Shown here one piece after another: positions 32,983 to 42,982 of a DNA stretch of 64,000 bases. The position numbers were made by a program, and so were the translations under genes. Location: the NCBI GenBank assembly GCA_963840855.1, contig CAWJBB010000067.1, positions 8,110 to 72,109 on the forward strand, read 5' to 3'. The notes beneath the pieces are model-generated. The model searched no databases, was not told the origin of the DNA, and worked only from the letters and a program-made list of their open reading frames with translations. This DNA comes from an uncultured delta proteobacterium (GTDB lineage: Bacteria > Desulfobacterota > Binatia > UBA9968). Numbering within the stretch: position 1 is the first letter of the stretch; each line of letters begins with the position of its first letter.

Positions 32983-33988
32983 ATGGCTAGTCCTCTGATC
33001 TCTTTCTTTACGGGCCTCGGCTCGCGCCGGGTCGTGGAAACCGTCACACCGGCGCGCACGTTGGCGGATGTTGTATTGGCGCCACAAACCCGCAGCGCCT
33101 TAGAGCTGGCGCTGGCGCAGGTACGCAATCACCACTTGATTTTTAACCGCTGGGGCCTCGGCGAACGGCATACTTCGGGACAGGGGTTGGCGTTTAACTT
33201 CGCCGGACCGCCCGGCACGGGAAAGACGATCTGCGCCGAAGCGATCGCGCATGAGCTCGGTCTGAAGCTTCTCGTGGTCAACTATGCCGAAGCCGAGTCG
33301 ATGTGGTTCGGCGAGACTCCTAAAAATATCGTCGCCGCGTTCCGCGCGGCGGCTGAGCAAAACGCGGTCCTATTGTTTGACGAGGCAGATGCGATCGCGA
33401 TGCGCCGCTCCTCGGGTGCCGGCCTGCCGCACGAACGCGAAAGCAATTTGACGGTTAACGTTCTTCTGCGCGAGTTGGAAGCGTTCAACGGCATTGTGAT
33501 TTTTGCGACGAATCTGGCGGCGAACTTTGATCCCGCATTCGAACGCCGCATCCGCGCCCATGTGCTGTTTGAGATCCCGGGACCGGAAGAACGCGCGCGC
33601 ATCTGGGAGCTGCAAATTCACCCGAAGAAGACTCCGTTAGCGCCCGACGTGGATTTCCGGCGGCTCGCCGAGCGCTATACACTGAGCGGTGGCGATATCA
33701 AGAATGCGGTTCTGAAGGCCGCGGCCTTAGCCGCCGCCGAACCGGGCCCGGATTTGGGCAAGCGCATAAAGCAGCAGGACTTCGAATGCGCCATCGAAGA
33801 CGGTGCTCGCGGCAAAAACGGTAATGCAGCAGTCACTCTTCGCCGATATCCGGATTGTAGCAGCCGATTCCGTTAGTGCGCGTGCGATAGAGTCGCAGTC
33901 GCGAACCGCAATTTTCATCGCGCTGGCGCTAGGCGGCACCGCGTTGATCGCCGCGTTCGTGGCAGTTGCGTTGGCGCTCATGCATTGA
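32983..33988 (+). CDS. Stand-alone AAA ATPase with C-terminal membrane anchor; one-base frameshift near 33802
   Basis: GPPGTGKT, LLFDEAD, FATN, AFERRI, SGGDIKN; continues in the +1 frame as VLAAKTVMQQSLF...IFIALALGGTALIAAFVAVALALMH. Confidence 0.8.
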
Positions 33989-33993
33989 ATCAT

Positions 33994-34072
33994 GAGTTCG
34001 TGAGTAATGCGCAGGCAAGCTGGGGACCGCAGCGTTGTAAAAGACGCGACGCCAAAACCTCGACCCGATCCC
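33994..34072. repeat. About 80-bp dispersed repeat, copy A (probable mobile-element end)
   Basis: gagttcgtgagtaatgcgcaggcaa...gcgttg...gacgcc, homologous to 40920-40990. Confidence 0.8.
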
Positions 34073-34207
34073 AAGCGGTTCAAGATCCTGCGCTTCACCT
34101 TGACCCCTGACAGGGTTATTTCCATCTAGTATCGCTGTGAGCGTTCTTTCAGAAATCCGCGCCACAGCTAGCTCGCGGAATTTTCACAATACAAAGGAGC
34201 CGAAACG

Positions 34208-35240
34208 ATGGCCATTATTGAACGAACCTATGGGAAAGAGACCAATGCCGTCATCGATGAGTTGTTGATCTCCTCGTACTCTCATGGTGATCGGCCCGCG
34301 GGTCTTTGGCAACAATGACTCTGAAGGATTTTCTGCACCGCGAGCCATTTTGGCTGGCAAAGACCCAACGACAGGCCCGGCGGCGCCCGGACAAGAAAAA
34401 GCGGGTATTCGAGATGGCCGCCGCGGCGTCAGCGCCGAAGTCCTGTATCCGACCCATGGCTTGAAGTGCTTCAGCCACGACGGTCAGGAACTGGAGGCGG
34501 TCTGCTCCCAGGATTTACAACGCTGGCTGATCGACTATTGCAGCGCCGCGCCCGGAACGGCTTATCGGTATCGCCTGCTGTCGATGTATACATCGACGGC
34601 GCCGTGAAGGAACTGGAGCGCTGCCGCAAACCCGGCATCGCGGCTCGGTGATCTGGCAGGTATCGCCGCCTGAGCTGCCGTTTTCCTCACCGCATTATGA
34701 CAAGTCCTGGGCCACATCCAGGATCTCGGCATGTCCGTCAACTTGCACATCTTGTGCGGGCACGGATACAGCCGAAGCCGTTCCTCGGCCTCGAGATCGG
34801 CAACCGGCCTCGCCTCGGAGGCCAACCGCGTCTCCATGAAACTGTTCCAGTCGGTCAACAGCCTCTACGAACTGATCTATTCCGGTGTGCTCGAGCGTTT
34901 CCCCGAGCTGAAGATTGTCCTGTGAGAACCAGCTTGGCTGATTCCGTCCGTCTTGGCGCAGTCGGACTATACTTCAAACGCCATGGCGCTGAGCGCGAGG
35001 GCCTGGCCATTTCAAAATCAACTCCCCAGCGAATACTTCCCCAACCGATCTACACGACTTTCTTCAACGACGCCGTCCGCGCCCACATGTTATCCTGGTG
35101 GGGCACCGACAACTGCATGTGGTCCAATGACTTCCCGCACGGCAACTCGTCATGGCCCAATTCTCTTCGGGTTGTCGCCCGCGACCTAGGCGATCTCCCG
35201 CCCAGGTGGCGCGCGCAATGTGCGTGGCATCGCCTCGACA
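34208..35240 (+). pseudogene. Amidohydrolase-2 family gene with multiple frameshifts
   Basis: RBS AAAGGAG + ATG; motifs GVSAEVLYPT, WLIDYCSAAP, VNLHIL, SGVLERFPELKIV and MWSNDFPH spread over all three frames. Confidence 0.8.
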
Positions 35241-35253
35241 CGCACGAAGCTTT

Positions 35254-35571
35254 TCAGGATTCGTCTTCATCCCCAGGTTTATTGGTGGCGAGAGCGAGAC
35301 CGCAATTGCCTGTGATGACGGACGTGATGCCGTGTTGAGGTTCGGAAGTGGCATAGGGATCCCAGAAAACTTGGGCATCCATGTGGGTATGATGATCGAT
35401 AAACCCGGGGGCGACGACAAGTCCCTGGACATCGATTGTTTTGGCAGCGCCCCCAGTTACGCGGCCTAACTCGACAATTTTCCCGTCTTTAATGGCTACA
35501 TCCGCCAGATAGGAAGGTTGCCCGGACCCGTCAACCACGCGGCCTCCACGTAGGACCAAGTCGTACGTCAT
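35254..35571 (-). pseudogene. N-acyl-D-amino-acid deacylase / amidohydrolase-3 N-terminal fragment
   Basis: YDLVLRGGRVVDGSG, VAPGFIDHHTHMD, GNCG; stops after 105 aa whereas the family is usually about 500-570 aa. Confidence 0.85.
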
Positions 35572-35795
35572 GTCCCTATTCCTCCTTGCTCAGCATTTCT
35601 GCCCTCATCCCACGAGCGCCAACCGTTGTCAACACGGCTCAGCGCCCCAAATTCACCTTTTAGTATTGAAACGCATTAATTACGAAACATAATGCCCACG
35701 CAATTTCCGATCATCATCTCTACATATAGTTTCCCCTCATGGCGCGACCCATGCGCACCCAATAACCTCGGAGCGGTTTATCATGTCAGCGCTCG

Positions 35796-36933
35796 CTAGC
35801 GCGGCGGCAGCGGCCCAGCGCCGGAAAGCTTCTTGAGCGTGTCAATCACCTCGGCGTCGCGCGGCGTCTCCTTTATGATTTTCGCCATTGCGTCCGGCAT
35901 GATCAGGTCCGCGTTATCACCGGCAAGCTTCTCGTGTTCGGTATGAAACTCCCGATCCTGAAAGGCTTTCGTAATCGCCTCCTTAAGAATCTTCACGCGC
36001 TCCTGGAGCGTGCCCGGCGGCAAAACGTATGGTGAGCCGATCACTCTGAAAGAGCGCCACAACGACAGCAGCCTGATCTCTTTTTCGAGCTTGGCGAAGC
36101 TCTCAATCTCAGGCAAATGCCCAAAGCGTGGGTGCTTGGCGCCCTTCGGAGCTTCGAGGATCGAGTGGAAATTCATCACGCCTTTTTCCAACCATTCGGG
36201 GTTGCGCCGTAGCACCGAGGTCGGGTTGTTCGATCGCGCATCCAACTCGCCGCGCAACAGAGCCGCATCCACTTCGGGGGCCGTATAGCCGGCGATGAAT
36301 TTCGGATCCTTCATACCGATGAAATAGGCGAACAACCGTCCCGATACGTAGGCAGACGTGCCCTACGGACTGGGCGCCGATCCTGATTCCCGATGTCGCT
36401 CTCAGCTTTTCTATACTGTCCAGCCCGAGTTCCTTTCTCGTATAGATGATCTGGTGGCTGGCGCCTTCCGACGATCCAAGATAGATAAACTTATCGACAT
36501 CGTACATGACGCCGGTTTCACCCATGATGTTCAGTGCTACGATGCCGCCGCTTAGCGCTCCCAGGGTGAGACCGTCAGGGCGAGCATTGCCGTACATGTA
36601 ATTCGCCGCTTTCCGCCCGCCGCTGCCGTCCATGAACTCGAGGACGACCGTGGGATTGCCGGGGATGTACTTGCGCAAAAACGGAACCAGCGCCCTGACG
36701 CGAAAATCAGCTGTTCCGCCAGGGGTCGCGGCGACGACTATTCTCACTGTCTTCCCCTGATAGAATGGAGTCTGCGAGAAGGCCGACGGGGGCGACATGG
36801 CCAGCATTCCAAGAGCCGTCATCACACACGCCAACAAGAAAAGATGGGCCCGCGGCGCAACGCTCGTCGACATGGCAGATGGCTTAGGCGACATTGCTAA
36901 TTGAAAACTTCTGAAAGGTCTGGCTTGCATCAT
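35796..36933 (-). CDS. Bug/TctC tripartite tricarboxylate transporter substrate-binding protein; one-base frameshift near 36357
   Basis: QTPFYQGKTV, PGG..D, IPGNP, PDGLT; after the shift SAYVSGRLFAY...GYT..ALLRGELD. Confidence 0.8.
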
Positions 36934-37212
36934 CTTCTCTCCTTCGCTGTGGTAGCCATACCTCTGAAAAACCAAAGGATGCAACCTCGGCGGATTGTCG
37001 CCGAGGTCGTGCGCCAAGTGGGAATCTCGACCTCCGGGGTTTCGAAGATCCTAAGCAGAACTTTGTCTAGCTAGTCACCAGCGTTGTCCGAAAGATGATT
37101 GACAACTTTCCAGGTCCTGCGATATTGCTCGGGCCGGAAAAAAGTGGCTTGCATCTTATTCAGGAATCCTGATGGTTGATGGAAAGCAATTGGCGATTCC
37201 TGTGGAGGCTTT

Positions 37213-38496
37213 ATGTCTCGCAACCATTCTTTGCCGCGGCTGATCGTTGCCTGGACGCTGCTATCGACCGGCGTAGTGGCGTGTGGCACTGGCTCTATGC
37301 AGTCACCGGCGACTCAGGCTCAGGCCAAACCCGCAGGTCGATGGAGCCACCAGGACTGGCCCACGGGTCACTACAAGGTGGTCGAAGGGTGGCCCAAGCC
37401 GTTGCCGGACACTCGTCATTCACACGAAGGATGGACCTGGGGATCCGTTGGCGGCGTCTATGCAGAAAACCCCGACCGAATCTGGGTCGCCATGCGCGGC
37501 GAGCTGCCGCTGCCGTCGGGCGCCGCTCCGTGGACACCCTATGCGGCGCTCAATCCGTCGCGCGGGAACGCCACGGGCAACTCGGACGGGTTATCGGCAA
37601 CGTGCGAGCCTGTGAAAAAGCGGGGATGGGAGCGCCGCTTTCAGCACTCGATCGTCGTGTTCGATCGCCAGGGCAACCTCGTGGACGAGTGGCCGCACCT
37701 CGACGAGCTGTTTTCCAAGCTTCCCTGCGGTCGTGGGCCGCACCAGATCAAGATTAGCCCCTACGACAAGGCGAAGCACGTCTGGATCATCGACGACCAG
37801 CTCCACATGATTTACCGCTTTACGTACGACGGTAAGCTGGTTCACAGCAAAGGGCAGCTCGGCATGCGCGGTCGTGGGCCCAACACCTTCGACCGGCCGA
37901 CGGATATCGCCTGGCTGCCCGACGGGACCTACTTCATCACCGACGGCTACGGCGGCACACGCGTCGCCAAGTACGACGCCAACGACAACTTCATCATGGA
38001 CTGGGGCGGGCCGCCCAAGGATCCGAAGAACCCGGGACCGAACGAGTGGAATACGGTCCACAGCATCGCGATCAGCGCCGACCGCCGGCTCTTCATCATC
38101 GATCGCGGACATGCGCGGATGCAGGTCTTCGACGAGAACGGGAAGTTCCTCGATATGTGGCCGCTGAAGTCGCCGCACTGGCCTGCCAGTCAGAACACGC
38201 TCATGGTGAATCACTTCATCGATGACAAAGGGTTCATCTGGGTCGGCGATGCACCTACGAGTCGCATCCTCAAGTTCGATCTGAACGGGAATTTCCTGTA
38301 TGGCTGGGGCGCTCCCGGTGGCCAGCCCGGTCGGCTGAACTGTTCACACGGGATCACAACGGATCAACTCGGCAATCTGTATCTGGCAGATTGCTTCGCA
38401 GGTCGGGTGCAGAAGTTCGAACCGATCGCCGGGGCGGATCCAGACAAGATCGCAGGACAGATCCTCCGGACGTGGGATACCTGGAAGCGTCCCTGA
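37213..38496 (+). CDS. NHL-repeat beta-propeller lipoprotein (peptidyl-alpha-hydroxyglycine alpha-amidating lyase-like)
   Basis: VVAC lipobox-like motif, YKVVEGWP, FDRPTDIAW, TDGY, VHSIAI, DRGHARMQVFD. Confidence 0.75.
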   Translation: MSRNHSLPRLIVAWTLLSTGVVACGTGSMQSPATQAQAKPAGRWSHQDWPTGHYKVVEGWPKPLPDTRHSHEGWTWGSVGGVYAENPDRIWVAMRGELPLPSGAAPWTPYAALNPSRGNATGNSDGLSATCEPVKKRGWERRFQHSIVVFDRQGNLVDEWPHLDELFSKLPCGRGPHQIKISPYDKAKHVWIIDDQLHMIYRFTYDGKLVHSKGQLGMRGRGPNTFDRPTDIAWLPDGTYFITDGYGGTRVAKYDANDNFIMDWGGPPKDPKNPGPNEWNTVHSIAISADRRLFIIDRGHARMQVFDENGKFLDMWPLKSPHWPASQNTLMVNHFIDDKGFIWVGDAPTSRILKFDLNGNFLYGWGAPGGQPGRLNCSHGITTDQLGNLYLADCFAGRVQKFEPIAGADPDKIAGQILRTWDTWKRP

Positions 38497-38587
38497 ACCT
38501 GAATCCTTTGACGGCGGTGCTAAATTCGTGGAGAACAACGATCGCGTCGCCGGTATCGAGGGCTCGTCATTCCCCCGCGCGGCGTTC

Positions 38588-39616
38588 TCATTTTCCTAAC
38601 ACCACGTTCATTCGGGCGATGACTTCGGGCGGTAACGTGACCACCTCGCGCGCCAACGCTTCTAGCTTGTCGCCGCTTACGGGGTCCGGTTCCCAGCCGC
38701 GCTTGGCCGCTTCGGCCAAAAGATCAGGATCGCTCATCGCCTTCATGAAGCCGTCGCGGAGCATTTTGATCCGATCAGCAGGAATGCCGGGGCCCCCCAC
38801 GATGGGTCGGCCAAATGGACCCGGCGAAAGCAAAACCGTGGCGAGGCGTTTGCCGGCCTCGGGTGTTTTGTGTCTTTCCATCAGCTCCCCGATCGTCGGC
38901 ACATCCGGCGCCCTCGTTTCTCGCTTTGATCCGCCGATCACAAGGATGCGGACAAAGCCGGTCTTTGCCCAGGTGCGTCCCGGTTCCCGGCCGAAAAAGG
39001 CGCTCGTGGTGCCGCCGCGGCATTGGACTTCTCCTTTCTCCATGGCAAGGTCGATCTCGGAAGCCCCGGGATAACCCGTAACCAAGTCAAACTTGAGCCC
39101 CAGGACCTCTTCCAGGAGTTTCGGAAAGTAATGGCCCGGCGTGCCGGCTCCCGTGGTGCCGCATTTCGGCGGCACGGCCGCTTTGCGAATATCGTCCAAC
39201 GTTTTGAATGGAGTGTCCGAGCGCATGGACAACATTTCACTGGTTTCCTCGGGCGATCCGATCCAGGCGAACTTTGCCCAGTCGAATTTGACTTCCTGTT
39301 GGCCCTGGATCTGATTGAAAAACAGCCCGTTGGCGATCAAGCCGAGCGTAAGCCCATCCGCTTTAGCCACGCTATAAACATAATTGGCCGCGATCATCGT
39401 CGAGGCGCCGGGCATGTTTTGCACGATCATGGTGGGGTTTCCCGGAATATATTTGCCCCAAAACCGGGCGATGGCGCGAGCCCACAAATCGTTGGTGCCT
39501 CCCGCGGTGTATCCGATCACCACCCGGATGGTTTTGCCTTGATAAAAAGGAGTCTGCGCGAACGTAGTGGACGCGAACAAAAATGCAAAGGTAATCGCAA
39601 AAAAGGAAGTTTTCAT
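38588..39616 (-). CDS. Bug/TctC substrate-binding protein
   Basis: QTPFYQGKTI, AGGTND, IPGNP, NMPGA, GYPGASEIDLAMEKGEV. Confidence 0.9.
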   Translation of the reverse strand: MKTSFFAITFAFLFASTTFAQTPFYQGKTIRVVIGYTAGGTNDLWARAIARFWGKYIPGNPTMIVQNMPGASTMIAANYVYSVAKADGLTLGLIANGLFFNQIQGQQEVKFDWAKFAWIGSPEETSEMLSMRSDTPFKTLDDIRKAAVPPKCGTTGAGTPGHYFPKLLEEVLGLKFDLVTGYPGASEIDLAMEKGEVQCRGGTTSAFFGREPGRTWAKTGFVRILVIGGSKRETRAPDVPTIGELMERHKTPEAGKRLATVLLSPGPFGRPIVGGPGIPADRIKMLRDGFMKAMSDPDLLAEAAKRGWEPDPVSGDKLEALAREVVTLPPEVIARMNVVLGK

Positions 39617-39862
39617 TGCACCTCCATTCATTTTTGCGGCGCAAATTAAGAAGCCGATCCGGGCGAACCCCTCGGACCGGCTCATGTACTGACGGTCGAT
39701 GAATGACGGATCATCCTCTCGGACCTGCCATTTCGGTGCGGGAACTATAGTGAATAAAAAAGTTAAGTCAAGCACGCGTACCATGCAGATGCCCACCACA
39801 CCGTCCCTAGGCGTCCTACCTTTTCTAGGTGTCCGTCAAACCCGGGCTACCTCAGATTTTCT

Positions 39863-40531
39863 TTATTTGGTCGCGAAGCAATAAAGCAAGCCGTCGCCGC
39901 CGGATTCTTTCAAGTCCTCTTGGCCGCAACCGCGTGATGCGTGCGCCGAGTTCCAAGGTGATACCCCGGGTGTTTTGCTCTCGCGGTCGTGGTGGCCGAC
40001 CTGGGCCTTCCCCGGGAGTTTGCCGGAATTGCCGATAGTCCAGTTCCCGCAAGTCAGCTCGTCGCCCGCGGGATAGGCCGTACCGTCGAGCTGCGAGCCG
40101 GTCAAAATATCGTGCTTGTTCGGCTTATCGCCGCGAGCGTTGACCCGGCTACCTTTTTCGTCCAACGCAGTTTCCTTGTTGAGATTGTTTTTGTCCGAGT
40201 GCAGGTTGGCGACGTCAGCCGCGACCTTCACTCCCTTAGCGTTGTACCAGGGCCCCTTGCCAATACGATCGCGCGCATTCACGGCAGGCTTTCCATCTTC
40301 CGCGCTCGTACTCAGGTAGGCACTCCAGGTGCGGTTGCCCGCGCCAGCAGTTGCAGCCAGCTTTTGGCAGTGCGCGTCGGCTCCCTTCAATCCACCTAGA
40401 TTCGCCCCGTTGCCAGGTCCTTCACTGGTAACGAAAAAACTCATCGGCGCCTTCGGGTCCTGGGCTGTGCCGAGTCTCATACCGAATAAAGCCAGCAACG
40501 CCAACACACAGGCAAGTAAAATCGTTTTCAT
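39863..40531 (-). CDS. Secreted endostatin/lectin-like (DUF1554-like) protein
   Basis: SFFVTS, NLGGLKGADAHCQKLA, WSAYLST, NARDRIGKGPW, LLYCFA; AGGAGG RBS. Confidence 0.7.
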   Translation of the reverse strand: MKTILLACVLALLALFGMRLGTAQDPKAPMSFFVTSEGPGNGANLGGLKGADAHCQKLAATAGAGNRTWSAYLSTSAEDGKPAVNARDRIGKGPWYNAKGVKVAADVANLHSDKNNLNKETALDEKGSRVNARGDKPNKHDILTGSQLDGTAYPAGDELTCGNWTIGNSGKLPGKAQVGHHDRESKTPGVSPWNSAHASRGCGQEDLKESGGDGLLYCFATK

Positions 40532-40777
40532 TTTGACCTCCTTCTTGCTTGCGTTTCCTTGATAGCCGCCCCAGGGGGCAGCCGTAAATGGACTTAAATT
40601 GATCGCCCCTAAAGCAGAGACGGCATCCCATCTAGCCGAGGAGGCTCTCATAGGTAGACATATTTTAAGAATCAGACGTTGGCAAGACGTTTGGCGGCGT
40701 TGATTTGGTCTCCTCCTCGCTGCGTTAGTACAAATACTAACTGCCCCGCTCGATATCGTGAACACGACTAGGACGCG

Positions 40778-40908
40778 GGGTCAAATCTTTTATTGATAGC
40801 CAAGCGTCAGACGTCCTTGAAAGTCCGGCAACGTGAATTTCGTCGCGGGTAAACGTGTGAGGGAACGTCCGATCAAAAGCTAACAACTTACAACAAAAGA
40901 TTTGACCC
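40778..40908. mobile_element. Non-autonomous element with 18-bp terminal inverted repeats (GGGTCA.ATCT type)
   Basis: gggtcaaatcttttattg (40778-40795) vs caacaaaagatttgaccc (40891-40908), 17/18 complementary. Confidence 0.75.
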
Positions 40909-40919
40909 GTTGCCTCGTA

Positions 40920-40990
40920 GAGTTCGTGAGTAACGCGCAGGCAATCTGGAAACTCCGCGTTGCAAGTTGCAACGCCGAACCTTGAACAAA
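40920..40990. repeat. About 80-bp dispersed repeat, copy B
   Basis: gagttcgtgagtaacgcgcaggcaa...gcgttgcaagttgcaacgcc. Confidence 0.8.
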
Positions 40991-40992
40991 CC

Positions 40993-41124
40993 CACGTCGG
41001 CAGCGAAGGCAACGAACTCGCCGAGCGGATGGCCATGCTCGGCGTGCAGCATAAAGAAAAAAAACTGCGACCGTATCAGGAAGAAATAGATATTCCGACG
41101 CTGCTGAAGATGCGGGCCGGGTGA
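40993..41124 (+). pseudogene. Ribonuclease HI 3' remnant
   Basis: HVGSEGNELAERMAMLGVQHKEKKLRPYQEEIDIPTLLKMRAG* matches the RNase HI C-terminal H.G..GNE.AD motif. Confidence 0.7.
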
Positions 41125-41185
41125 ATAAGAGTGTTGTTCCCAGAACGATTCGTATCTTGTGCTAATCGGATGCAATAAAAAGCTA

Positions 41186-41209
41186 AAAGCGGATTTGCCG
41201 CCTTTTTTT
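41186..41209 (+). terminator. Rho-independent terminator-like hairpin
   Basis: aaaagcgg-atttg-ccgcc followed by a T-run. Confidence 0.5.
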
Positions 41210-41319
41210 CACTCTGACAAAGATCACCTCTCTACCGTCTTGTCCTTGGTCCGCTCCTAGGCGGACGTGACGCGGATGTTAACATACCGAGGGTGCAACA
41301 ACGGGGGCCGGCACCAAAG

Positions 41320-41533
41320 CTCAGCGCCATACGTCGGCAACACAAGAATCGAGACGGCGCGATTCGGGCAGGGTACGAGACCGGGGCCTACAGCTATCAA
41401 CAAATCGCGAAGGAATTTGGCGTTCATTTCACCACAGTTGGGCGAATTGTGCGCCAGCCAATGAAGCGAGTGAGCGCAACCCGCGGGAGAAGGTAGCGGA
41501 TGGTCGCTTGTGCTATGATAATAGACCTGACCC
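41320..41533 (+). pseudogene. REP-associated tyrosine (Y1/RAYT-like) transposase 3' remnant with end motif
   Basis: RDGAIRAGYETGAYSYQQIAKEFGVHFTTVGRIVR (C-terminal HTH) followed by agacctgaccc at 41523-41533. Confidence 0.65.
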
Positions 41534-42013
41534 GGGTTCGTCGATCGACCGGCTGGAAGTTTTCCTTCTGTGTCTTGTCCGAAACGGCAGTAAAAGGCAC
41601 CTGCCCTTCGATCACGGTGACCAAATTGTTTCCCACGATCACGCTCGTCGCTTGAGACGTGCCGAATTATCAACGCACTATAGAAAACTAGACGACCGAA
41701 GCAGACCATACAAAGCTGCGCCTCGGATGCTTGTCAGCCAATGCTCGTTGCGGCCACTACCAATAGTTGCGGCCGTCCCTTGACTCGAAAGTAGCCGTTG
41801 ATTTAAACACTAGCTGAACAAGACCCTAGAGGTTCAGTGGGATGGCGAGGTCGTCCAAATTGCGCGTAATGATTTCAAGGCGGTGTAATGACCTATTTCC
41901 GGAATCCGCTGGCAAACCGCTCTCAGCGTGCAGCGCCGATTGCGTTCGTTGTGTTCGCGCTTCCTCAGGTCGGCGGTGACCTTGGCCCGGAATCAAATCG
42001 ATTAAGGTGGGTT

Positions 42014-42469
42014 ATGGAAAAGAATATCGTCAATTGGCAGCTATTAATTCCACTACTGGTTACTACCGTTGTTGCTGTGTCTGGTTGGGTTGTGGGTCAC
42101 AGACTCAACGCTCAACGCGATCTCCAAAACAAGCGAATAGAACTGCGCATCAAATACCTTCTGGAAGCTTATAGGAACCTTGAGTCCTCGGTAGAAACGG
42201 AAGTATCCCGAAAAAATCTGGATATCCTTGAGTCCGCAATTTCTGACATACAATTACTGGGCACTCCGGAGCAAGTGGATAAGGTTCTGTCTTGGTCAAG
42301 CCAGTTTTCAAAGGTTGGAATTCAAAAAGACGTTAATCTCCAGGACCTTTTAGAAGATTTGCGGACGAGCCTTCGCAGAGAACTGGGATTGCCCAAAATA
42401 GATCAAAAAATACGTCATGTGAAATTTACACTTGCGTCAGACGCAAAGAAAACATTGCGTGCAGAATGA
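42014..42469 (+). CDS. Hypothetical protein with N-terminal TM helix; AT-richer than its surroundings
   Basis: Open frame, WQLLIPLLVTTVVAVSGWVVG helix, atypical codon usage. Confidence 0.7.
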   Translation: MEKNIVNWQLLIPLLVTTVVAVSGWVVGHRLNAQRDLQNKRIELRIKYLLEAYRNLESSVETEVSRKNLDILESAISDIQLLGTPEQVDKVLSWSSQFSKVGIQKDVNLQDLLEDLRTSLRRELGLPKIDQKIRHVKFTLASDAKKTLRAE

Positions 42470-42705
42470 AGCAGCCGCAGCCTCACAAATGCTGTCGACA
42501 GTGTGATCGGCCGCCCGCCGCTTGCGTCGATGGCCTGCCTAGCGATATATCAGCCGCATTATGGCCCGATATATCCCGCGAACCTGCCCCAAATGCGTGA
42601 CTATTTCGGTGCCGTCGTGATCTAACCCTTATACCTTGGCTATCGGCGCCTTAGGTTCAGTTGAAAACTGGCTGAGCAACGACGACGCTCTAAAATTGCT
42701 TGCGG

Positions 42706-42854
42706 TTGACGACGAAATACCCATGCTCTCACTTTGTGGTCCACTCAGTATACTATCGCGCAGCAAGTCCATGATCTGAGGAACCGTATGCATCAAAAAT
42801 GCACGTACGGGTCTGTGGGAGCCTCGGGAGGATGACCGCCCGGGGCCACCCGGC
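42706..42854 (+). mobile_element. Group II intron 3' remnant (maturase C-terminus + domains V and VI)
   Basis: LTTKYP...[12 protein letters not shown] then gaaccgtatgcatcaaaaatgcacgtacgggtc (DV) and gggagcctcggg...cccggggccacccggc (DVI with bulged A). Confidence 0.85.
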
Positions 42855-42982
42855 CGCGAACCTTCTCTGATGCTCAACGCATTTCTTTTCTAGGTCTTCC
42901 GCGTGGCCCAAAACACCCACTGCCCGGATTCGGCGAGTTTGTATCTGCTTGACCAGCGCTGCCGTCCTGATAACAGTTGCAA

